A DNA stretch of 48,397 bases from an uncultured Candidatus Saccharibacteria bacterium (GTDB taxonomy: Bacteria > Patescibacteriota > Minisyncoccia > Phycocordibacterales > UBA12088), in contig CAZHFF010000005.1 of NCBI GenBank assembly GCA_964531785.1, positions 1-48,397 of the forward strand, written 5' to 3'. Positions 37,701 to 45,765 of the stretch are shown here, piece after piece. A program made the translations under genes and the position numbers. How positions within the stretch are numbered: position 1 is the first letter of the stretch; each line of letters starts with the position of its first letter. A model generated the notes under the pieces. It worked only from the letters and a program-made list of their open reading frames with translations. It was not told the DNA's origin and ran no database searches.

Positions 37701-38130
37701 CCTCCGGATCCGCATAGCGGTCGACTAGTATCCCCGAAGACCGACGGTCATCGCTCGCACGTTCGGCCAAAGGATGCCGTCGTGCTGTTCTTTGCTGTGT
37801 GTCGGCATCGTTCGTGTCGCTTGAGCCTTTTTCCCCCTCGGTGCGCTGGAGGTAGGAAATGACGAGCGCAGCCAGGTGTTCGCAAGGTGCTTTGGTCGCA
37901 CATGTACACCGAGTCTTCGTGAAACGGCCCCGCGAGCGGTCGAAGGTGCCCTGTACCTGGTACGGCAGAATGCCCTCGACGACACCCTTAAGTATTAGGG
38001 TGCGGGCACTGTCTTCCGTCACGATAGAGGAGAGCACCTTCCCGCGCCGAGCGTGTTCCTCGCCGCGCATAACGCGAACGGACCCGACCGCTCGGCGTAA
38101 CGCATGGTGTATCGAAATGTCGGTCGACAT
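34795..38130 (-). CDS. SNF2-family helicase/ATPase with an N-terminal SWIM zinc finger
   Basis: [16 protein letters not shown] (SWIM CxC..CxH), [48 protein letters not shown] and [11 protein letters not shown]. ATG at 38130. Confidence 0.9.
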   Translation of the reverse strand: [1111 protein letters not shown]

Positions 38131-38291
38131 GGGTAGACGAGCGTGCCTGCAAATAGAGGCAGGCTTTACTGGTTTCATGAGGCGTACCGGGAGAAGGTGT
38201 GCCTGTTCGATACCATAGTACCTGAAACCGTTCCCCGTTCAAGGGTCAGGTGCTGTGTGTTTGTTCTCTGCGCTCGATCCAGATGAGTGGC

Positions 38292-38317
38292 AAGAAAAGA
38301 GCCTCTATGTGAGGCTC
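38292..38317 (-). terminator. rho-independent terminator
   Basis: The minus strand reads GAGCCTC ACATA GAGGCTC followed by TTTTCTTG. Confidence 0.7.
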
Positions 38318-38585
38318 AAAGCGCTGACCCTACCGCCGCGTGGTTCTGTGCGATATCTTCGCCATTCACACAGTGCGACCCTGGGTATCGGTTGTCCGAC
38401 AGCGGACATTACCTACCTTAACCACAGGTCTGGGCTCGTCCCTTTAGTCACGTTACTCCTACCCTTTTTGCCGCGAAGTACAAGAGCGGTAGTGACGTTC
38501 GGGTCTGCTCTGATCCTAGCACGATTCCTCGGCTCAAACAACATAGTTCGATCAGCTACCCATCCGCAGCGGGAACGCCTGCCGC
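38318..38585 (-). ncRNA. candidate structured non-coding RNA or long structured 3' UTR, family unknown
   Basis: Roughly 270 nt with stop codons in every frame. Nested helices 38486-38492/38330-38336 (7 bp) and 38501-38508/38323-38330, plus the internal hairpin 38394-38407. It is immediately followed by the terminator. Confidence 0.4.
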
Positions 38586-39965
38586 TTAGCTGGCTGGTGT
38601 ACCTGAGGGTGTCGGGTCGCCCTTCACCGTGGGAAGCGAAACGATGAATTTTGAACCGACCCCCTTCATCGACTCGACCTGCAGGGTACCCTTGTGCTTT
38701 TCTATGATCGCTTTCGTGATCCAGAGCCCCAAACCGGTGCCGCGTATCGATGCGGTTTCCGCGGAACGGACGCGGAAGAACTTCTTGAACAGCTGTTCTT
38801 GGTCCTCTGCGGAAATGCCGAGCCCGGTGTCGAGTACGGCGATCTGTTGCTCTGCTCCGATGACATTGAATTGAACGGTGACCGTGCCGCTCGGTGTATA
38901 CTTGATCGCATTCCCGATGAGGTTGATCAGCACTTGTCGCATGCGCGTGCGGTCGACTAATACGTACGACTCGCTGTTGTTCTCTAACCCAAGCGTCAAC
39001 AGTTTCTCCCTCGCGACGCCCTCGAACTGGGTGAACACGTCAGCCACGACCTCCGAGAGGCGAACTGGTTCGAACGTGAACGCCATTTTGCCGGTCTGTA
39101 GTCGCGCGACGTCAAGAATATCGTCGATAAGCAGGCTGAGCTGTTCTGCTGATGTCTCGATCCGTTCGAGCGACTGACGGCCCGCATGCGCTTTGTCGAT
39201 GAACGGTTCGAGCATTTCCGCATGGCCCCGTATCGCGGTGAGCGGTGCCCGCAGTTCATGAGCAGCAAGCGATATGAAATCGTCCTTGAGCTTGTCGACC
39301 TCCTGAAGCTGTCGATACAAGGTCGCGTAATCAACGATACGCGCTTGTCGGAGTACGAGCGCAAGCATGATGAGCACCAGGAGACCTAAGACCAGGTACG
39401 CTATGACGATGTTTTGAGCAGCTACCGCGTCGATCCGCGCAAGCGACAGGTCGAGCAAGAGGACATGGGGTCGTTCGCCTGTTTCGACAGGGACGGTGCG
39501 GAACGCGACCCAGTGCCGTCCGTCCGCCGCCGGTGTCTCGAAGATGAGCGATCGTGATGGTTCCAGCGCGACCTCTCGATACCCGAGTAGGTTGCCAGTA
39601 TCAATGGTCCCGATCTCGTTAGTGTCCGATGAGGCGACGATCTCGTACGTGCCGTCGGACGAGAGGCGAACGAGGCGCATGAGCGCGATGCTCTCTGAGT
39701 ACTGGCGGAGTGCGGCGAGTTCGCGCGACACGCTCGAAAGGTCGTCGAGCTCCCGTCCTACGACATGGACGATCGTGCTCTGGAGCAACCCGATGCTCTC
39801 CCGCTCGATCCTCTCCTGGTTCTCATTTGCGACGGTCAGGAACCACTGTGCTGAAATGATGTACGCCGTAGGGATACAGATCAGGAGGAGTATCGTGTAG
39901 ATGATCTGGGGATGGCTGCGGATGAAGGACCATCCGCGCTCAAGATGCTGCATGAGGTTCTTCAT
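38586..39965 (-). CDS. sensor histidine kinase (2 TM + periplasmic-type domain, HisKA, HATPase_c)
   Basis: H box SLAAHELRAPLTAIRG, N box LINLIGNAIKYT and G boxes LDTGLGIS / GTGLGLWI. Confidence 0.92.
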   Translation of the reverse strand: MKNLMQHLERGWSFIRSHPQIIYTILLLICIPTAYIISAQWFLTVANENQERIERESIGLLQSTIVHVVGRELDDLSSVSRELAALRQYSESIALMRLVRLSSDGTYEIVASSDTNEIGTIDTGNLLGYREVALEPSRSLIFETPAADGRHWVAFRTVPVETGERPHVLLLDLSLARIDAVAAQNIVIAYLVLGLLVLIMLALVLRQARIVDYATLYRQLQEVDKLKDDFISLAAHELRAPLTAIRGHAEMLEPFIDKAHAGRQSLERIETSAEQLSLLIDDILDVARLQTGKMAFTFEPVRLSEVVADVFTQFEGVAREKLLTLGLENNSESYVLVDRTRMRQVLINLIGNAIKYTPSGTVTVQFNVIGAEQQIAVLDTGLGISAEDQEQLFKKFFRVRSAETASIRGTGLGLWITKAIIEKHKGTLQVESMKGVGSKFIVSLPTVKGDPTPSGTPAS

Positions 39966-41935
39966 AGCCGCAGCTGCTCGTCAGGAGTTTCGTCTCCTTT
40001 GGCAGGCATATCCTGCGCTGTCCGGGGTGTTCGTAGGCCGAAATACAGGAGCAGGAAGAGTAATATCAGAGCCGTCACACCGATCAACAGCTGAGCAGCG
40101 AGAAAACCAAAACCTGCTGCGGGTGCGGTCGTTGATCGCGCGAGACGTTCGACGTCGATCGAGCCCGCGGTGACCGCGTTCGCTTCTTTTACGAATGGGA
40201 ACGGTGTGCTCTTTGCCACCACGGCACCCCCACTATCGGTAACCGCTGCATAGAGTATGTGCGAACCATCGGTAAGCTCTTCGTTGAACTCGAAACGCCA
40301 GCCGCCATCCGGTCCTGCTTTCACCGAAACCACAACGGGTCGACTGAAGAGGTAGATCGTCACGATACTGTTCGGCAGTGCTCTGCCGGAGGCAACAAAG
40401 GTGAAGGCACCCGGACGCTCTTCGCGCGGCACGAGGTCGATGTGTGTCGTTTCGAGCACGTTCGCGACCTCGGTGCCCGCCACACGAGGGTCCTCGTGGC
40501 GGATCGTGGCATTGTAGAGCGTGTTCGTGTTCTGGGCGACCCGTGGGTCGGTGTGACGGAGCACCTCCTCGCCGTCCGATACTCCATCACCGTCGGTGTC
40601 GGCCTGATCGGGGTCGGTAAGATAGAGGGTGACCTCGTCGTAGTCGGTGAGTCCATCACCATCGGTATCGATCACGCTTCGTGCGCCTGTGCGTTCGCCA
40701 AGCACGATTGCGATGGTTTGCGATGTGTACGGGGCCGCAGCGCGTACGTGCTCGACGCAGTTCGCCAGAGACCGTTCACACACGCTACGGCACAAGTCTG
40801 GTGTCGAGCAAGTCGAGAGATCAGGCGCAGCTACCGTGACGGGTACCGGTGCGGTCGTTGGTGACTGCTCGCGTGTCGTCGGGGGAGGTGTTGCCGTTGT
40901 TACGGTTCGGGTCGGCGTCGGTTCGGCCGATAGAGGTTCTGTTGTGGCGGATGTGGTCGGAAGGGGTGCGGTGGTGGTCACCTGGAGGACCTCCACCTCG
41001 CGTCGATGGGCGATGTACCGTTCGTAGGTCGAGTCAGATATGAGTACCTGGAGCTGGTACGTTCCGTTTGGAAGATCGTTCGTCCACCAGTCTAACGACC
41101 AGGCTGTGCCATCTGTTGCTAACCGTTCGGCTGTAAGCACGGTCCGTGAACCCCGCGGATCGAGCACTGCGGTATGGACCGCACGTGCCGGTGTGGTCTT
41201 GATGTAGAGTTTTACCGTGCCGGTCACGGACCGCCCGGTCGGCACGAGCACGCCGTTCGAGAGCAGACTCATCGTTGCAGCCGGAATGACTGGCGTCGTT
41301 TCCTGGAGTTGGTCGGTCGTGGTCGGCTCGGTGGTAGCCGTGGTCGTGTCGATCGGGTCAGGTGACACCGTCGTGCTATCGGTGTTCGAGCTCGTTTCAG
41401 TGGTAGCAGTCGGGCTCGGGTCTGTGTTCTGGGACCCGTCCGTGGTGCTCGTCGTCGTGTCGGGCACGGTTTGTGTTGTTGACTCTATAGGGTCGGTCGT
41501 GGTTGTGGTAATGGTCGTGGTCGTTGATCCTGACAGTATCGGCGCGGTCGGTATGGTAACGTCGATCTGCGCGGTCGGCGCTGAGCAACCGCTCGACGAG
41601 CATGCCTCGACCCAGTACCCGTAGGTTTGCCCGCGTGTGACCGCTTGGTCGATGTATGTGGTGGTCGTGAGTTCGAACCGCTGCCGGCCGTCACCCTCCT
41701 TATACAGGAGGTAGTACATACCCGAGAGCGTACTCGGCTGCCAGCTGAGCTCGACCCGGAGCGGATCCTCTTTCGCGACCGCAGTGAAACCGCTCGGTGC
41801 GGTGAGCGCGTTCTTTACCGCAGCGGCCTCAAGGCGCAATGTTTCGCCTTGCTTTGAGTGCACGATGAACACTTGGAACACGAGGAGGGCGCTGAGCAAC
41901 AGCAGCATGCGCTGGAGGAGTGGGCTCTGGTCCAT
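39962..41935 (-). CDS. surface protein: signal/TM, FN3, Thr/Pro-rich linkers, Ig-like modules, thrombospondin type-3 (Ca-binding) repeats, C-terminal TM anchor
   Basis: FN3-like LRVELSWQPS..YYLLYKEG..YGYWVEACS. TTTTITTTTTDP..TTSTTDG linker. DTDGDGLTDYDE and DTDGDGVSDGEE repeats. C-terminal FLAAQLLIGVTALILLFLLLYFGL. The stop overlaps the HK start (ATGA). Confidence 0.8.
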   Translation of the reverse strand: MDQSPLLQRMLLLLSALLVFQVFIVHSKQGETLRLEAAAVKNALTAPSGFTAVAKEDPLRVELSWQPSTLSGMYYLLYKEGDGRQRFELTTTTYIDQAVTRGQTYGYWVEACSSSGCSAPTAQIDVTIPTAPILSGSTTTTITTTTTDPIESTTQTVPDTTTSTTDGSQNTDPSPTATTETSSNTDSTTVSPDPIDTTTATTEPTTTDQLQETTPVIPAATMSLLSNGVLVPTGRSVTGTVKLYIKTTPARAVHTAVLDPRGSRTVLTAERLATDGTAWSLDWWTNDLPNGTYQLQVLISDSTYERYIAHRREVEVLQVTTTAPLPTTSATTEPLSAEPTPTRTVTTATPPPTTREQSPTTAPVPVTVAAPDLSTCSTPDLCRSVCERSLANCVEHVRAAAPYTSQTIAIVLGERTGARSVIDTDGDGLTDYDEVTLYLTDPDQADTDGDGVSDGEEVLRHTDPRVAQNTNTLYNATIRHEDPRVAGTEVANVLETTHIDLVPREERPGAFTFVASGRALPNSIVTIYLFSRPVVVSVKAGPDGGWRFEFNEELTDGSHILYAAVTDSGGAVVAKSTPFPFVKEANAVTAGSIDVERLARSTTAPAAGFGFLAAQLLIGVTALILLFLLLYFGLRTPRTAQDMPAKGDETPDEQLRL

Positions 41936-42087
41936 AATTGACAGGTGTTCATATTGTAGCAAGGTGCCTCAGTGAAAAAAGGAGTTGTACACACGATACA
42001 TCGCACGACCGTCTGTGTTGACGCATGTATCGAGCGCAAAGGTTCTCGTATTCGGAAGGGTGGCGTCACGCAGGTTCGTGCAACTTG

Positions 42088-42096
42088 TGCTACGAT
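42088..42096 (+). promoter_or_regulatory. extended -10-like element TGCTACGAT, 7 nt upstream of the ATG at 42104
   Basis: TTGTGCTACGAT GTCGTGC ATG. Confidence 0.3.
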
Positions 42097-42103
42097 GTCG
42101 TGC

Positions 42104-42805
42104 ATGGCAAGCAGCGGCCGTCTCCACCTAGCCACGTCGACACGAGCGGACGGGAACATGTCGCTACGGTACGGACAGCACGATGAGGTCATGCAGGCAC
42201 GCGGTCGTTTTTTGGAACGCCTCGGTCTGCCGACACCAAACCACATCATGCTCGAGGTCGAGCACGGTTCGCGTGTGGTACCGGTCGATCGTAGGGATGC
42301 ACACAAGGGGACGGTCGCCGCAGAGGCGCTCGTCACGGATGATCCAACGTGTGCCCTGCTCCTGCTTACGGGGGATTGCCTGCCAATCACAGTGTGCGAC
42401 AAGGCGCGCGGCGTCTTTGCGCTCGCGCATGCCGGCTGGCGTCCGACCGGTCTTTGCCTGCTTCCACGGGTGATCGCTGAGATGGGCGATAGGTACGGTA
42501 TACGTGCGGGTGATCTATCGGTCACGATTGGTCCGAGCATCCGCGCTGCTTCGTATGTGGTAGAGGAGGCGCTCCAGCTGCACGAGCCTGCGTGGGCGCC
42601 CTACCTAGTGAGGAGCGCAGAGGGTATCCATGTGGATCTCGTTGCATATAACATCGATCAGCTCGGTGCTGCAGGCGTTGCGCGCGAAGCGATCATGGTC
42701 GACCCAAACGACACCGCGGCCTCGGAGGCATACTTCTCGCACTACCGAAGCATTCGCACCGGCGAACCTGAAGGGCGTATGCTGACCGTCGCATGGCTCG
42801 GGTAA
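42104..42805 (+). CDS. pgeF: YfiH/PgeF (DUF152) polyphenol-oxidase-fold peptidoglycan editing factor
   Basis: EHGSRVV, ALVTDD, LTGDCLPI and ALAHAGWRPT motifs. Start uncertain (42095 or 42104; the track's 41972 is too long for the family). Confidence 0.85.
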   Translation: MASSGRLHLATSTRADGNMSLRYGQHDEVMQARGRFLERLGLPTPNHIMLEVEHGSRVVPVDRRDAHKGTVAAEALVTDDPTCALLLLTGDCLPITVCDKARGVFALAHAGWRPTGLCLLPRVIAEMGDRYGIRAGDLSVTIGPSIRAASYVVEEALQLHEPAWAPYLVRSAEGIHVDLVAYNIDQLGAAGVAREAIMVDPNDTAASEAYFSHYRSIRTGEPEGRMLTVAWLG

Positions 42806-42857
42806 CGCAAGCTGAGGCGAGTGACACCGCAGGTCGCGTATTGGTTTCTTGTCGCGT

Positions 42858-42933
42858 TGGTGGACCATACCGGACTCGAACCGGTCACCTCACCCATGCC
42901 ATGGGTGCGCTCTACCAGATGAGCTAATGGCCC
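42858..42933 (-). tRNA. tRNA-Ala (anticodon GGC), 76 nt including encoded CCA, G3:U70 present
   Basis: GGGCCAT TA GCTC ATCTGGTA GAGC G CACCC ATGGCAT GGGTG AGGTG ACCGG TTCGAGT CCGGT ATGGTCC A CCA. Confidence 0.92.
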
Positions 42934-43040
42934 GCATACCCTGGTATCATACCCTCCTACTCTCTCATGAACCTGCGGCTCATCCTCACCCATGCCATGG
43001 GTGCGCTCTACCAGATGAGCTAATGGCCCGTATGCCCTGG
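42888..43040. repeat. tandem direct repeat (96-bp period) duplicating the 5' 46 nt of tRNA-Ala(GGC) plus the flank
   Basis: 42888-42934 equals 42984-43030 (47 nt perfect). Similarity continues with 2 mismatches to 42944/43040. The upstream copy then reads GATGAGCCGCAGGTTCATGAGAGAGTAGGAGGGTATGATACCA, a degraded T arm and acceptor. Confidence 0.9.
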
Positions 43041-43097
43041 CTCAGCAGGCGCACACGCGTGACCGCATGGTACACATCCCGGTCGCTCCGCGCAAAC

Positions 43098-43481
43098 CTA
43101 GCGTGACGCGAGCCGGTCCTTGACCCGATTGACCACCTCATCGAGCTTGAGCTCGGTCTTCACGATGAACTCGGACATCCCGGACGTCACCGCCTTCGAG
43201 ATCGTTTCGAAGCTCGAACTGTTCGTGAGCAGTATGACCGGGACGGTCTTGCCCCACGCATCTTCCTGCAGGTGCTTCATCACATCGAACCCGTCCATCT
43301 CGGGCATCATGATATCGAGCACGATGAGGTCAGGATGCTCTGCGAGGGCAGTTTCCAGACCCTTGACGCCGTTCTCTGCGGTCAACACGGTAATACCCTC
43401 CTCTTTGAACTTGGTCGCGAGCACGCTTCGCAGCGCTTCCTCGTCGTCCACGATGAGCACGGTCTTTGACTGGTCGGTCAT
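43098..43481 (-). CDS. single-domain response regulator (receiver only)
   Basis: VLIVDDEEALRSVL, DLIVLDIMMPEMDG and LLTNSS..K. No output domain. Confidence 0.92.
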   Translation of the reverse strand: MTDQSKTVLIVDDEEALRSVLATKFKEEGITVLTAENGVKGLETALAEHPDLIVLDIMMPEMDGFDVMKHLQEDAWGKTVPVILLTNSSSFETISKAVTSGMSEFIVKTELKLDEVVNRVKDRLASR

Positions 43482-43530
43482 AGCGTAGGCATGAAGTAAT
43501 GGTTAGTATGCGCTGAGTATAGCATAGTCA

Positions 43531-44865
43531 CTACCGTGGTACATCCCGGGGTACGTGTATGGTGAACGTGGTGCCTTCCCCAAGGACGCTGTTGAAATCG
43601 ATGGTTCCCCCGAGCTTTTCAATGAACGCTTTGGTCATGTACAAGCCGAGGCCGGTTCCCTTTGCTTCGATCCTTTTCGCGTTCTCGGCCCGATACATTT
43701 TGGTAAAGAGCTTGCCATATGCCTCTGCAGGGATGCCGCACCCGGTATCCTCGACCGAGAGCGAGCAGCCGTTGTCGTTGCAGGTGGCGGACACGCTCAC
43801 ACGACCGTTCTCGGGGGTGTAGCGGAGCGCGTTCGTGAGCAGGTTCTGGATCGCGATCCGGATAAGGTTGTGGTCGCTCCTGATCGGCTGTATGTTCTCG
43901 AACTGCGTATGGACAACGATGTGTTTTTCGGTCGCCGCCTTCGCGACCTCGTCGAGCACGTCCTGGGTGAGCGCATCCAGGCGGACCTCGCCTATCTCGA
44001 TCGGTACGGTGCCCATTTCGATGCGGGAGACGTTGAGGAGCGTGGATACGAGGTCGATCATGCGTTGATTACCGATGTAGATCTTTGCAAGGTACTCCCG
44101 GACGGTCTCGGACATCTCGATCGAATTGCTTGTGAGAAGCAGGTCGATGTACCACTTGACCGCAGTGAGCGGGGTGCGCAGCTGATGGCTCGCGAGCGAT
44201 ACGAAGTCTGTCTTGATACGATCTATCTCCTTTTCCTCGGTGATGTCGAACAGCGACACCAGTCGCTTATGCGCAAGCGGCGCTTGCTGGTCGACGGTAA
44301 AAATGGACGTCGAGACCCATCTTGGCCCGCCGTGTATCGGATTGATGCGCATCTCCTCGCGTGAGATAGGTATACCGCGCTCGACCTTAGACTGTATCAT
44401 CGGCAGCGCATGCTCCATTTTTTCGTCCATGATTATACGATCGAAGAAATCCACCTCGTCGAGCTGGTCATCCGTTGCCCCGAAGAACCGTAACGCTGCT
44501 TTGTTCGGATTATGGATCAGCCCCCGATCATCGACCAGGAAGTACGGAATGGGACTGTTGTCATAGAGCCACCGGAACTGTTCGCGTGAGTGAATGAGGT
44601 CCGACATCATTTCTTCGGCCAGGTGGTGGGCTCGTGTGTGGAGCGCGAACTGGAGGTAGACCATGACCGCCGTCGCACTGCTCGTGAGGATGCCGAGGAA
44701 CAGAAAGAGCCAACGGATCCGTCCGTGGACGGTCGGGTCCATCAGTTCTGCATGGTAGAGCAGCCCGAGGACCGGGTCCCGGACCGACCAAAAGAATATA
44801 ACGAGCGCAATGAACGTGAGCGCTGAAATGATGTCTCGGTAGTCTTTTTGTTGGGGTGTAGCCAC
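43531..44865 (-). CDS. sensor histidine kinase (2 TM, PAS, HisKA, HATPase_c)
   Basis: SLASHQLRTPLTAVKWY, LLTNALRYTP, EDTGCGIP and GTGLGLYM. GTG start. Paralogous to 46070..47395. Confidence 0.92.
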   Translation of the reverse strand: MATPQQKDYRDIISALTFIALVIFFWSVRDPVLGLLYHAELMDPTVHGRIRWLFLFLGILTSSATAVMVYLQFALHTRAHHLAEEMMSDLIHSREQFRWLYDNSPIPYFLVDDRGLIHNPNKAALRFFGATDDQLDEVDFFDRIIMDEKMEHALPMIQSKVERGIPISREEMRINPIHGGPRWVSTSIFTVDQQAPLAHKRLVSLFDITEEKEIDRIKTDFVSLASHQLRTPLTAVKWYIDLLLTSNSIEMSETVREYLAKIYIGNQRMIDLVSTLLNVSRIEMGTVPIEIGEVRLDALTQDVLDEVAKAATEKHIVVHTQFENIQPIRSDHNLIRIAIQNLLTNALRYTPENGRVSVSATCNDNGCSLSVEDTGCGIPAEAYGKLFTKMYRAENAKRIEAKGTGLGLYMTKAFIEKLGGTIDFNSVLGEGTTFTIHVPRDVPR

Positions 44866-44914
44866 AGGCTGAACGAAAACTGCTACGTTACGCGCAACTA
44901 TGATCGATGGGAGG

Positions 44915-45298
44915 TTAGGCAGTTACCTGCTCGCGTATCTTGTTCACGATCTCTTCGATCGACCAGTCAGTCTTCAGGAGATAGGAAAGCGGTCCTCCCT
45001 TCTCGGTAGCTGCGCTCACGGACTCTGGCTCGTTCACGTTCGTAAGGAGGATTGCCGGAATGTTGACACCCCATGCCGTCGCACGAATGTGTTCAAGCAT
45101 CGCAATGCCGCCCATTTTTGGCATCATCACATCGAGTACGACGAGATCGGGGTGGAGTTCCTCAGCGCGCTTGAGACCCGACTCTCCCTCGTGTTCGACC
45201 GCAACATCGAAACCTTCTTCAGCAAGTATCTCTGACACCATGCTCGACAGGACCAGATCGTCGTCCACGATGAGTATCTTCTTTTTTGGTGCATCCAT
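44915..45298 (-). CDS. single-domain response regulator (receiver only)
   Basis: KKILIVDDDLVLSSM and DLVVLDVMMPKMGG. ATG at 45298. Confidence 0.9.
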   Translation of the reverse strand: MDAPKKKILIVDDDLVLSSMVSEILAEEGFDVAVEHEGESGLKRAEELHPDLVVLDVMMPKMGGIAMLEHIRATAWGVNIPAILLTNVNEPESVSAATEKGGPLSYLLKTDWSIEEIVNKIREQVTA

Positions 45299-45373
45299 AT
45301 GATGCCAGTATACCGCACGTGTGCGTGCTGTCACCAGGGCATCTGGTGCGTCTGTGGCTCTGGTGACCGAGTA

Positions 45374-45688
45374 CTACTCGTGTTCTGTGTGGACCGAGAG
45401 TTCCAAGATAGCGGCGTAGTTGTCGTCGGGGGCAGTCCTGTTCCGTTTTTCGTGTGAGCAGACACAACAGCGGTGGAGAAGCGTATACTCAATGCCGCGC
45501 ACATACACCTCGACCGGTTCCATGAGCCCCTGGCAGCGGGCAAGACGATCCCCCGGATGCACGTCGACGTGCTTGCTCCAGAGGCAGTGTGGACAGTGAT
45601 TGGTGTACCCGTTGCCCGTTACCCGGGCACCGCAACGTTCACAGTCGAAGTCTTCCGTGGTTCGGATAAAGGTCGGGTTACCCAGCAT
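45374..45688 (-). CDS. RNHCP domain protein (Cys-rich zinc-ribbon-like, function unknown)
   Basis: FDCERCGARVTGNGYTNHCPHCLWSKHVDVHPGDR..C.G.M.P...LLHRCCVCSHEKRNR matches the RNHCP layout. Confidence 0.8.
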   Translation of the reverse strand: MLGNPTFIRTTEDFDCERCGARVTGNGYTNHCPHCLWSKHVDVHPGDRLARCQGLMEPVEVYVRGIEYTLLHRCCVCSHEKRNRTAPDDNYAAILELSVHTEHE

Positions 45689-45765
45689 AGTACGTCTCGT
45701 TCTCCGGCGGTACGTCGCTCACTGCTCGACTCTTGTCAGACATGCAGACCCCGCTCGCCTTCTTG

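Noticed and set aside
34795-38130. SNF2 helicase as part of DISARM, Zorya or another known defence system
   Set aside because: None of the obligatory partner genes (methyltransferase, DUF1998, PLD nuclease, ZorA/B-like) occur within the window. Its neighbours are a deacetylase and a kinase.
38179-38585. RNase P RNA, tmRNA, SRP RNA, cobalamin or TPP riboswitch in the HK-SNF2 spacer
   Set aside because: The following are missing or in the wrong order: GAGGAAAGTCCGG; GGTAAGGGTGAAA; a T-arm plus CCA; GGAAGCAGC; and the riboswitch cores. Only ACAGAACC resembles RNase P CR-V. The region is kept as an unassigned ncRNA candidate.
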